The notes under the pieces were generated by a model. It was not told the origin of the DNA and did not search any database. It saw only the letters and a program-made list of their open reading frames with translations. From assembly GCA_964016885.1 (NCBI GenBank), contig OZ024740.1, positions 64,914,001 through 64,978,000 on the forward strand: 64,000 bases of DNA, written 5' to 3'. This document shows, in pieces, positions 42,701-54,890 of this stretch. Every line of letters starts with the position of its first letter. Position 1 is the first letter of the stretch. The translations under genes were made by a program, and so were the position numbers. This stretch comes from Eledone cirrhosa (lineage: Eukaryota).

Positions 42701-44085
42701 ACATATTAACACATATATACATACATACATACACACACACACATGTACAGATATAAAGCATATGCACATGCGCACGTATAACTCAAAACATTCACATCCA
42801 CACATACAATAACATCCATACCTGCACACACATGCATGCATGCAGACATGCATACATATCTACCTAGTTTATGTTGTGTAAATTCCAATGAAAGAGTCTT
42901 TTATCTATGTTAGAAACCGACTCTCTCTCTCTCTCTCTGTCTATTGGCAAACAGTTGTGAAATTATAAAACCAGAAGAACATACATACATACATACGTAC
43001 ATACATACATACATACATACATACATACATACATACATACATACATACATACATACATGATGGCTGCCCCCTCGTTATCGAGTATGGCCATTGCACGAGC
43101 AGAAAAAAAAATTAATAAATAAATAAAAAAAAAAAAAAAAAAAAAAAGGAAATATATATATATATATATATTGGAAAATGTGTGTAATCCTTGGTACAGT
43201 TAGGTATATTAAGACAGGGGGGAAGAAAAAATGGCTTCACTTGTGCTTTCAACAAATTTATTTTCTTCACAAAATCCAAAAAGAATTTTTCTTAAAAAAT
43301 ATTATTTTATAAATTAAGTTGTTGGTTGTTGGTTAGGTCTTAGGAGTTCTTGGTTAACGTAGGAGGTATTGTTTCGTTTTTAGAAAGACCTTTCACGCTG
43401 AGGTGCGCTTGTCAAACTGATGTGTATGTGGTGTGTTGTTCTATATATAGGGATTTAACATGTCTGTGGTGTGGTGGGGGTTTCTTTTCTCCCCCTTAAA
43501 TAAGTGCATGGGTGTAGGTGTGTTGAAAAAGTGTTCATAGCAGTAATGAGTTGAGACGGTGAGTAGGGTTGGGTGGGGAGAAATGTAGCAAGTGCGGCCT
43601 GCCCCGGTCATTCTCGAAAAATTCCTTTATTCAGGGGAAAAAGCTTTTAGTATTTCTTTTGTGTTGAGAATGGTCACAGGCAAATCGCACCTGTCAAGTT
43701 TGTGAATAATAATAATTTTTTTTTTTCCTGAAGAATTTTTCTACGTCCATCCCAAAGTTAGTCCTTTGTTCAACACACACATATGTGCGCATATACGTAC
43801 ATACACACACGGGCATATGTAGGAATACATAGGCACACACCATCAATCACACACCCATGCACAAATACATCCACATACATACATACATATACATACATAT
43901 ACACACATAAAGATACATAACTAAATATACATATATACACATACACGTACTCATACACCCCCCCACACACACACATATATACATATGTCCGTATATATAC
44001 CCCTCCGTTCACACATACATCATACACACACACATACACACATACATCTATATATATATACACATATAAAGAGAGAGGCATACAC

Positions 44086-44160
<75 letters not shown>

Positions 44161-44271
44161 CATATATACATACATATATGTACACATAACCACACACAGA
44201 CACATACACACATATACACATACATATACACATACATATATATCCATATACATATACATACACATACATAT

Positions 44272-44316
<45 letters not shown>

Positions 44317-44729
44317 CATACACATACACATACACATACAAGTACATACATACACACATACATACATACACAAACATGTACATACATACATATATATATA
44401 TACATATATATATACACATATATACATACACACATATATACATATTTATATACACATACACACACATACATACAGACATACATATATACATATATATATA
44501 TATATGTGCGTACACACGAGCACATAAAGACGCATATATACATACACATATATATACATATATATACATATATATACACAAACATCTACATACATACATA
44601 CATATACACAAACAGAAACATACACATATGTACACACATATATACATATATGCACATACATACACACACACACACATATATATAGGTACATACACATACA
44701 TACACACACACATAAACATACATATCTAT

Positions 44730-44772
<43 letters not shown>

Positions 44773-44852
44773 TATATATACACACATATATATACAAACA
44801 TACGCATACATACATGTACATATACACATATATACACACATACACACATACA

Positions 44853-44892
<40 letters not shown>

Positions 44893-45060
44893 CATACACA
44901 CACATACAAACATACACACATCCATACATATATATATGCACATACACACACACACATACACACACCCACATACATATATACCCACACGTACATACATCCA
45001 TACATCCCTACACACATATATGCGTGTGTCTCACCGTTCACTCAGATATTCATGTGTATA

Positions 45061-45138
45061 GATTGCTCCACCTTTGTCCGCTTCTTTTATTATTATTGAA
45101 TAATAATAATAAAAGAAGCGGACAGAGGTGGAGCAATC
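45061..45138. repeat. 37-bp-stem hairpin at the PLE 5' truncation junction
   Basis: gattgctccacctttgtccgcttcttttattattatt / aataataataaaagaagcggacagaggtggagcaatc, one mismatch. Confidence 0.9.
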
Positions 45139-45144
45139 GTCATC

Positions 45145-46980
45145 ATGGACACAAACCACTACAAAGATATGGTCCTAGCACACTTAAATGACGAAAACTT
45201 CTACAGGAAAATTACTAAAAACGAAGAAAGGAAATCCAGGAACCAAATAGGCAAACTAACAACAAAGTACCAAAACGACCTAACACCAAAAGAAGTAGAT
45301 TACCTAACCAACTTCGAAATGAAAACCAGCAAATTCTATGGATTACCAAAAATTCACAAATCCATAGAAATCCAAAACAACATAAAAGGGAAAAATACAT
45401 CATACATCGAAGCTCCAAAACCGACAGACTTAAAATTACGCCCCATTATTGCTGGCCCAGCCTCAAGCACACAACGTCTAAGCAACCTATTAGACATCAT
45501 ACTCAAACCCCTATGTAAAAAAGTTCCAAGCTACAACAGAGATGATATGGAATTCCTTAACTATATCCCCCAAAAAGTACACCAGGATACAATCCTAGTC
45601 AGTTTTGATGTAATAAGCCTGTACACTAACATCCCACACGACCTAGGGATTGAAGCTGTGGACTTCTGGATTACAAAACACTCAAGTCACATTTCAGAAA
45701 GATTCCCCAAAGAATTCATCTTGGAAGGACTTAAATTAGTATTGGAAAACAACCACTTCCTCTTTGACAACGAACTTTATCTACAAATAAAAGGAACAGC
45801 CATGGGTACCAAAGTGGCCCCTACATATGCAACGCTCGTTATGGGTCACTTAGAGGCAAAATTATATTCCCAACTACAGATAACATTCAGTCACGACTTC
45901 GCCTTCTACATTAATATAAACTGGAAACGTTACCTAGATGACTGCTTCATCTTCTGGAACAGAAGCCAAACAGACCTACAAAAATTTTATTCGATCCTAA
46001 ACAGGCTTCATGAAGCTATACAATTCACTATGGAATGTAACGAAAAGGAACTGCCCTTTCTAGATATCCTCATCATTAAAGAAGGGGAAAATATCCTAAC
46101 GGACCTATTTTGCAAACCCACTGACACACACCAATACTTAAATTTCCGGTCAGCACACCCCTCACATACGAAAAGGAACATTCCCTTCAACATGGCAAGG
46201 CGCATCTGCACTATAGCAACACACCCCGTACTACAAGAAAAAAGATTATGTGACCTGAAAAAATTCCTTAAAAAACAAGAATACCCGATGAAACTCATCA
46301 ACGCAACCATCTCCAAGGCTAAGAACATCCCAATAACAACACTGAGAAAACCAAACCCACAACATAAAAAAGAAAACCCTGCTATCTCTTTTGTCATCAC
46401 TCACAACCCAGGGAACATCAACATTGTGAAAACTGCTAAGCAGTATCTCCCGATTCTACAGCAATCTACCAAAATGAATGCACTCTTAAAAAACACACAG
46501 ATAATTAATAGCAGACGCCAAGCACCCAACCATAAAAAACTAATTACCAAGGCAAAATTTACGACCAACATGGAATCAATGCAAGTGACGAAATGCGGGG
46601 ACCCTAGATGTGGAACCTGTGAACTCATCGAAGAGGGCAAACATTTGTCCTTCAAAAACCATGATAATTTCAAGGTCAATGCTAACATGAACTGCAAAAC
46701 AAAAAACCTAATATATTGCGCAACATGCCCACAGTGTAAAGAGTATTACATTGGGGAAACCGGAACGGGATTACATGATAGAATCCGGGTACATAAACAA
46801 CAGATTAAAGACCCCACTGTCAGAAATACCACATGTAGCGCACACTTTGCATCATTCGGGAAGGGAAAATTCACAATCTTCCCTTTCTTCAAGATATGGT
46901 CGGATAACGAACATTTCCGCAGATATAAAGAAGAATTCTTCATTGAAAAATTTAAACCACTACTGAACACGAAAAAATGA
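45145..46980 (+). CDS. Penelope-like RT + GIY-YIG endonuclease (611 aa, N-terminally truncated, frame open from ~45100)
   Basis: AD(K/R)GG upstream, [50 protein letters not shown] linker, [20 protein letters not shown]. Confidence 0.95.
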   Translation: MDTNHYKDMVLAHLNDENFYRKITKNEERKSRNQIGKLTTKYQNDLTPKEVDYLTNFEMKTSKFYGLPKIHKSIEIQNNIKGKNTSYIEAPKPTDLKLRPIIAGPASSTQRLSNLLDIILKPLCKKVPSYNRDDMEFLNYIPQKVHQDTILVSFDVISLYTNIPHDLGIEAVDFWITKHSSHISERFPKEFILEGLKLVLENNHFLFDNELYLQIKGTAMGTKVAPTYATLVMGHLEAKLYSQLQITFSHDFAFYININWKRYLDDCFIFWNRSQTDLQKFYSILNRLHEAIQFTMECNEKELPFLDILIIKEGENILTDLFCKPTDTHQYLNFRSAHPSHTKRNIPFNMARRICTIATHPVLQEKRLCDLKKFLKKQEYPMKLINATISKAKNIPITTLRKPNPQHKKENPAISFVITHNPGNINIVKTAKQYLPILQQSTKMNALLKNTQIINSRRQAPNHKKLITKAKFTTNMESMQVTKCGDPRCGTCELIEEGKHLSFKNHDNFKVNANMNCKTKNLIYCATCPQCKEYYIGETGTGLHDRIRVHKQQIKDPTVRNTTCSAHFASFGKGKFTIFPFFKIWSDNEHFRRYKEEFFIEKFKPLLNTKK

Positions 46981-47131
46981 ATTAACACTCGGAGGTAAAA
47001 TTCCATTTCACTACCCCCCCCCTCTTCTTATGTATACACATGGATATCTGAGTGAACGGTGAGACACACACATATATGTGTGTAGGGATGTATGGATGTA
47101 TGTACGTGTGGGTATATATGTATGTGGGTGT

Positions 47132-47174
<43 letters not shown>

Positions 47175-47220
47175 TATGGATGTGTGTATGTTTGTATGTG
47201 TGTGTGTATATATATATATA

Positions 47221-47299
<79 letters not shown>

Positions 47300-47342
47300 A
47301 TGTGTGTATATATGTGTATATGTACATGTATGTATGTGTGTG

Positions 47343-47399
<57 letters not shown>

Positions 47400-47874
47400 A
47401 TAGATATGTATGTTTAAGTGTGTGTGTATGTATGTGTATGTACCTATATATATGTGTGTGTGTGTGTATGTATGTGCATATATGTATATGTGTGTGTACA
47501 TATGTGTATGTTTCTGTTTGTGTATATGTATGTATGTATGTAGATGTATGTGTATATATATGTATATATATGTGTATGTGTATATGTGTCTTTATGTGCT
47601 CGTGTGTACGTACATATATATATATATGTATATATGTATGTGTGTATGTATGTGTGTGTATATATATGTATATATGTGTGTATGTATATATGTGTATATA
47701 TATATGTATATATATATATGTATGTATGTACATGTTTGTGTATGTATGTATGTGTGTATGTATGTACTTGTATGTGTATGTGTATGTGTATGTATGTGTA
47801 TATATATATATATATATGTGTGTGTATATGTGTGTGTATGTTTATGTATATGGATATATATGTATGTGTATATG

Positions 47875-47919
<45 letters not shown>

Positions 47920-48834
47920 TTGTGTGTATGCCTCTCTCTTTATATGTGTATATATAATATAGATGTATGTGTGTGTGTGTATGCATGTATGTGTGAACGG
48001 AGGGGTATATATACGGACATATGTATATATGTATATATGTGTGTGTGTGTGTGTGTGTATGTGTGTGTGTATACACGTGCGTGTGTGTGTGTGTGTATGT
48101 GTACGTGTATGTGTATATATGTATATTTAGTTATGTATCTTTATGTGTATATATGTATGTATATGTATGTATGTGGATGTATTTGTGCATGGGTGTGTGA
48201 TTGATGGTGTGTGCCTATGTATTCCTACATATGCCCGTGTGTGTATGTACGTATATGCGCACATATGTGTGTGTTGAACAAAGGACTAACTTTGGGATGG
48301 ACGTAGAAAAATTCTTCAGGAAAAAAAAAAAAAAATTATTCACAAACTTGACAGGTGCGATCTGCCTGTGACCATTCTCAACACAAAAGAAATGCTAAAA
48401 GCTTTTTCCCCTGAATAAAGGAATTTTTCGAGAATGACCGGGGCAGGCCGCACTTGCTACATTTCTCCCCACCCAACCCTACTCACCGTCTCAACTCATT
48501 ACTGCTATGAACACTTTTTCAACACACCTACACCCATGCACTTATTAAAGGGGGAGAAAAGAAACCTACACCACACCACAGACATGTTAAATCCCTATAT
48601 ATAGAACAACACAGCACATACACATCAGTTTGACAAGCGCACCTCAGCGTGAAAGGTCTTTCTAAAAACGAAACAATACCTCCTACGTTAACCAAGAACT
48701 CCTAAGACCTAACCAACAACCAACAACTTAATTTATAAAATAATTTTTTTTAAGAAAAATTCTTTTGGGATTTTGTGAAGAAAATAAATTTGTTGAAAGC
48801 ACAAGTGAAGCCATTTTTTCTTCCCCCCTGTCTT

Positions 48835-48868
<34 letters not shown>

Positions 48869-49029
48869 CATACACATACATATACATACATAAACACACA
48901 CATATATACACACACACATATACAATGATAACAATAATAATAATAATAACAACAATAATAATAACGACAACAACAATAATAATAATATTCATATACATAT
49001 ACACATACACGCACATACATAAACATATC

Positions 49030-49074
<45 letters not shown>

Positions 49075-49080
49075 TAGCAA

Positions 49081-49746
49081 CTAACAGCGCTGCGATCGAA
49101 TGTGGCTTTTTAGCCCAGCCAATGATCTAAAATGTCTTGCACAGAGTCGGCAATCAAAACATTCACTGGGAATAGTCGGCTGTGGTTGGAGTTCGTGTAC
49201 TTTTGCATGTCGCTTGAGCCCTCCTGCTGATTTACATTCTCTACCACATGTTTGGCAAGCATGATGAGTAGCATCTCCAACAGCAGCCTGGTAATCAACC
49301 ACTGGTCTTACTTTATGACTGCGAAGATGACTTTCGAGTCCAGCTTTGCTTAGGCAGAGTCTCGCACAGACGATGCATGTCAGCACCATAGGAGGACCCT
49401 CGCCGTCTGGAAGTGCAACAGCAATGCCCTTCCTCACATCCCGCTTTACTTTCTCGTATGCGATTCGAGATGCCTCAAAGGCAACTTTTCCCTCATATAC
49501 AGTCTTTCTCCATTTATTACGATCAGCAGGAATATTTTCCCATGTATCAGCAGAGATGTTAGCGTCTTTCAGAGAGGCTTTCAAGGAATCCTTATACCTC
49601 TTTTTTGGTTTATGTGGCGGTCGTTTTCCTTTAACCAACTCTCCATAAAAGAGTTGTTTTAGTATTCTAGAATCCTTCATCCTGGCAGGGTGACCACTCC
49701 AACGGAGTCGTTGCTTAAGCACAAGAGCTTCTATATTGTCACACAT
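49081..49746 (-). pseudogene. RTE C-terminus with three C2H2-type zinc fingers (frameshifted from the RT segment)
   Basis: RLRWSGH..RM...LFYGEL; CIVC..HLRSH, CQTC..HAKVH, CRLC..HIRSQ. Confidence 0.85.
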
Positions 49747-52226
49747 AGAGTTTCCAAAATCTCGACATCACTGATGTGGTCCCTCCAGTGAACGCCATGG
49801 ATCCGTCTGAGACACATCTGATGGAAACGCTCCAATTGCTTAAGGTGGTGTCGATATGTGACCCAAGTCTCGCAGGCATAAAGAAGACAAGAGAGCACAC
49901 ACGCCCTGTAGACCTTTACCTTTGTCCGCCTGCATATGTCTCGCCGACCCCAGAGTCGCCTTTCTAGCTTTCCGAAAGCATCACTTGCTTTCCTAATCCT
50001 AAGTGAGATTTCACTGTCAAGGTTGCTGTATCGATTGACAGTGCTTCCCAGGTAGACAAACTGATCAACCACTCCAAGTCGTTTACCATACACATAGATA
50101 TTTGGTTCAGTGTACTGCTTACCAGGGGCAGGTTGGTACATGACGACGGTTTTCTTGAGACTGACAGTCAATCCTAGGGCAGTGCAAGCGTCAGAAAATG
50201 CATTCAAAATGTGCTGCATATCACTCTCTGTGTGCGCTACAAGATCGCAATCATCTGCATACAAGAGGTCTCTTATGATTGATGTAAATACTTTTATCTT
50301 TGCAGCAAAGCGCCTGATGTTAAATATGCTGCCTGAGGTTCGATATCGGATGTAAACGCCATGCTCGCAATTCCTGAATGCAATACAGAAAACCATTGCA
50401 AAGTATATTGCAAACAGGGTCGGTGCTGGAATATCCCCCTGTTTCACTCCATTTTTTACTGAGATAGGCTCTGACATGTTACCTCCAACATTAACCCAAG
50501 CCTTCATGTCGTCATGGAAAGACCTAACTAAAGCAAGGAACTTATCAGGGCAACCAAGTTTCTGGAGAACCTTCCATAATGCATCTCTGTTAACAGTATC
50601 GAAAGCTTTTGTCAGATCGACAAAAACCTGATACAGATCCAAGCCTTGTTCCATGCACTTCTCCTGGAGCTGTCTAGCTAAGAAGAGCATATCAGTAGTG
50701 CCGCGTCCAGCACGAAAACCAGATTGACTTTCAGGAAGAACACAATCTGCAATGTGTGTCAGCAGACGGTCCAGAAGCACCCTACATAAAACATTCCCTA
50801 CGACAGAAAGCAATGATATACCTCTGTAGTTCACACAATCATTCCTGTTACCCTTTCCCTTGTACAAGACCACCATTACTGCATCTCTCCAGTTCTCAGA
50901 TACGGAGTCATTAGCCCATATCCTGCCAAACAAAGAGTGAAGATGTTGCAGGAGTCTCTCACCACCATATTGTAGGAGCTCAGCATGTATGCCATCCATA
51001 CCTGGAGATCTTCCACTGTTCAGTTTCGAAATAGCCACTGCAACCTCCACAAGCGTCGGAGGTTCTGCGAGAGCTACTTCCACAGGACTTTCTGGAATGA
51101 GATTGAGGAAATCTTCACTGACGACAGACGGCTGATTCAAAAGATCATCAAAGTGCTCTCGCCATCTTCGTAGAATTCTTTGTGAGTCACGAAGAAGTTC
51201 TTTGCCATCCTTGCTGCGGAGCGGTGTCACCAGATAAGAAGACGGTCCATAAACCTCACGCAAGAGACTGTACAACAGCTTTGTGTTATTGGAATCTGAC
51301 GCAGTTTGTACCTCACCAGCCTTCTCACCCCACCACTGATCCTTCATCTGAGAAAGACTCCGCCTAGCACGTGATTTTACATCCTTGAGTTCCTCATGCA
51401 ACGTATTCCTCTCCTGTGGTTTTGCCGTCAAGTAGCGTGAAAGAGCACGCCTCTTATCAACCAACAAGTCTTCTATATGTACATCATTCTCATTAAACCA
51501 GTCCTGATGTTTTCTCTGCACCAATCCCAGAACACGCCTGCCTACATCATAAACCGACTTTGTAAGGGTCGTCCAATCCTCACCAAGATCTGCAGCCTGC
51601 ATCTCTTCTTCCAATGTCTTCTTCACATTTTTATCCTTAAGACGAACAGCATTCAATTTTTTGGGCAGGGAAACACCAGGAGCCCGGATTTTACGTTTAG
51701 TGATTTGTTTCACTTTTGCGCGTACCAGGCGGTGGTCCGTCCAGCACTCAACTCCACGAAGAGCACGAACACACTGCACATCCTGTCTGTCACGCATCCT
51801 GACTAAGACGTAGTCCAAAAGATGCCATTCCTTAGATGCAGGATGCATCCATGTGTTCTTGAATTTGTTCTTTTGTTGGAACATGGTGTTGGTAACACAC
51901 AGATCCAACTCCTCACACATCTGCAGCTGGAGTATACCATTGTTGTTACACTTTCCCACCCCATGCCTTCCGATTACGTTCCATGTGTTAAAATCTCTAC
52001 CCACTCTAGCATTATAGTCACCAAGCACGATGACTTTGTCTGCCTGAGGGATATTTCTTAAAACACCTTTCAAGGCATGGTAAAAGGACACTTTTTCTTC
52101 ATCGACAGAATTCATAGTTGGAGCATACACACTCACCAGGGTCGCATATCTTCCTCTGTCCAGCGGAATTCTCATGGACATAAGACGCTCACTAATCCCT
52201 ACTGGGAATTCTTCTAATTTATTCAC
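49731..52226 (-). pseudogene. RTE AP endonuclease + reverse transcriptase (831-aa open segment; N-terminus frameshifted at 52223-52607)
   Basis: SVYAPT, LGDYNARVG, WTDHRLV, QSGFRAGRGTTD, FVDLTKAFDTV, GVKQGD, LLYADD. Confidence 0.93.
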
Positions 52227-53097
52227 AAGTACAGTCTTAACAGCAAACCTACGCCAGCCTCTCTTCTGGTTCCTTCATCTCTTCCTTTCCAGAAGAATGT
52301 ATATTCTCCACAAAATTCTGTAAGATGACCATCTGCAGCTAACCTCGTGTCAGATAAAGCCACGATGTCTAGATCGTAACGTCGAAGCTCCTTTGCAACA
52401 AGAGCGCTCCAAGGAATCCCTGTCAAGCAGCGTCCGTACGTTCCAGCAGCCAAGACTAAATGCTTTGTTTGGCTCTATTAAAATGGCACGATGACGAGCG
52501 GGCCCAGGCTGTGATAACCTGGGGCCCCTGCCCTTATTGCCAATTATCTTTTTTGTTCCAAAACTTAAATTGCCAATTATCTCTTTTATATTGTTCTGGA
52601 ACATCATTGAATTGGAAAAAAAAAAAAAAAAAGTAATAATAATAGTAACAATAATAATAATAATAATAGTACACTATTAATAATTATTAATGCACTCGTG
52701 CAATGCCTGTGCGTGACGAATATTTTTAAAGTGAGGAAAGACTGTGCACTGAGCCAATCCCACTCTCTGAGCGACAGTAGCTATAACCCGAAAAGGAGAA
52801 AAAATCAACATCATCGGTAACTACTGAGCCGCAGGTTTTATGTCGGAGTTAACTCAGTTTCCTGAGATGCCTTCTCCTAGAAGAATGCCCTGACAAGGGC
52901 TAGGGGTTCTTCACTCCCAGTGGTTTAACTGCGCTATCGGGCATCCACGCAAAAAAAATAAATAAAAACTCACTTATTGACACTTATACGTACGACATAC
53001 ACACACGCGCATACATATGCGCGCACACACACGCATACATACGCGCGCACACAGCAACACTCATACATACAAACAAACACACACACGCTACTCACTT

Positions 53098-53135
<38 letters not shown>

Positions 53136-53136
<1 letters not shown>

Positions 53137-53340
53137 AGTGTTAATATAGATGAGATTCTACAGGACTAGAACTGTTTCATTCTTTAGAAATCATCAGGAA
53201 TCATCAGGGATTCCTGATGATTTCTAAAGAATGAAACAGTTCTAGTCCTGTAGAATCTCATCTATATTAAAACTTTTATACTCTGCTATGTATTGAGTAC
53301 CTTACTTACTGTGGTTACCTCCGATTCAACCCGGAATAAC

Positions 53341-53341
<1 letters not shown>
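53136..53341 (+). mobile_element. Fold-back HHR-family E fragment in (TA)n
   Basis: 53136-53202 inverts 53209-53275; downstream hairpin tactc...gagtac. Confidence 0.85.
53207..53259 (+). ncRNA. Type-I hammerhead ribozyme (second complete copy on the minus strand, 53152-53202)
   Basis: gggattc-CTGATGA-tttc(taaa)gaat-GAAA-cag(ttctagtc)ctg-TA-gaatctc; GUA site. Confidence 0.88.
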
Positions 53342-53382
<41 letters not shown>

Positions 53383-53489
53383 CCGTCATTACTGATACAA
53401 GATTACAAGATTATGTCAACTGTTGACTTTCAAGAGTTTGTATAGTTGAAGCCGTTCGTATTACAGTCCAGTATTATTATAATTGCTTT

Positions 53490-53630
53490 ACAGCATAGAG
53501 TTATGGCTCTCCACGCTCTGAGCTCAAAACCCGCCGAGGTCAACCTTGCCTTTCATCCCCACGGAGTCAACAAAAGAGAGTACCAGTGATGCGCTGGACC
53601 AGTCGCTGGATCCGTGGCAAAAGCAGAAAA
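53490..53630 (+). mobile_element. Diverged tRNA-type SINE
   Basis: gagctcaaaacccgccgaggtcaaccttgcctttcatcc...gagtaccagt. Confidence 0.6.
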
Positions 53631-54376
53631 ATTATTATTAAAGTTGTTTTCTTAAGGCCCGGTCGCTGGTGATGGTGATGGCGGTGTTGGTGGTGGTGGC
53701 AGTTGATGCTGTTGTGTTCTGTGTGTGTGTGTGTGTTTTGTTATTTTGAGTTTTTTTGTTTGTTTGTGGATTTAAAAAAAAAAAATCTTTTGATGCCGCT
53801 GTTGTTGTTGTTGTAAATGTTCATTTCAATCATTCTGAAGCTGTTGTTGCTGTAAACATTAGTGCCGGTGTTGTTGTTGTAGATGTTGGGGTTGAAATCT
53901 GGTCGTTTGACTGAGTGATGTATATACACACATATGCATACATATATATATATACACACATTCAACACAGAGTAGAGAGTTTGACTACAGGTCGATGACT
54001 TTAGTCTAGATAGAGTAATGACATGTGATGGTGGGGAGAGAGTGTAGACGTTATAGTGAGATGTATCTAGTTCATTTGTCCATTTGCAAAATTTGAATTT
54101 TAGCCATGTTATATGGAGATGTAAGTAAATGTAAAATGTAAAATATAAATAAGGATCGCTCTGGTAAAATATACTAAAATATTTGTGTAACTTCCACAAA
54201 CTTCTGTCGTGACATTCCCGAGTCCAGTAACCAAAAAATTGTTGCATTTTGATGTTTCAGAATACAAAAATTAATTAAAAACTTACCCCACGAAAAGACA
54301 GCGTGTGTTGTCCTATCTATAAGCTCCCTAAATCCTACATACATACATACATACATACATACATACATACATACAT

Positions 54377-54890
54377 TAACAACAAACGAGGAAGAATATA
54401 TTGAGACAGATGGCACTAAGGAATACTGGTGGAACCTGAAAATAAAAACTGCCACCAAATTAAAGCACAACCGGCCTGATATTGTAGTTTGGGACCACAC
54501 ATTGAAAACGTGTTCTGTTGTGGAGATCAGCTGCCCACTTGATGTAAACGTTGTCAGAAAAATACAGGAGAAGGAGGACATCTACGGACCATTGATGAGG
54601 AGCTTACAAATCCAGTATCCAAGATACACCTTTAGCTTCATACCCATCATTATTGGTGCTACGGGTTATATACCAACCCGCTTGGACCAAAGTATGACCG
54701 AACTTGGATTTGCGGACAAAAAGCGCAGCTCCCTAATTCATAGTCTACAAATGGCTGCGATAGCTGGCACCTTCAAAATATGCAAAACATTCTTGCGATT
54801 CAAGGGATGACAATTTCTTTTCTTTTACAACCTTGCCACCAGGAAGGTGGCCGGTCAAAAAAATATACTCGAAATTAAGAGAAAGAGAAA
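54377..54890 (+). mobile_element. 3' end of an R4/Dong-like non-LTR element (restriction-like endonuclease) in (CATA)n
   Basis: EYWWNLKIKT...HNRPDIVVWD...VVEISCP...EKEDIYGPL...IPIIIGATG; (CATA)n both sides. Confidence 0.88.

Larger units (their letters stand above)
43170..48840 (+). mobile_element. Young 5'-truncated Neptune-type Penelope-like element with ~1.8-kb inverted copy of its 3' UTR, inserted in (TA)n
   Basis: 43203-45059 is the reverse complement of 47032-48840; intact ORF between the arms. Confidence 0.92.
49075..52950 (-). mobile_element. Near full-length RTE-clade LINE
   Basis: 5' UTR 52690-52950 shared with SINE copies; APE-RT ORF with few frameshifts. Confidence 0.92.

Noticed and set aside
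43770-48204. Long YI/CV/HT-rich ORFs here and elsewhere in the ORF track
   Set aside because: Stop-free translations of (TA)n/(CA)n microsatellites
53650-54335. Possible decayed 5' portion of another LINE on the minus strand ((AAC)n-rich spacer)
   Set aside because: No recognisable protein motif; too degenerate to call
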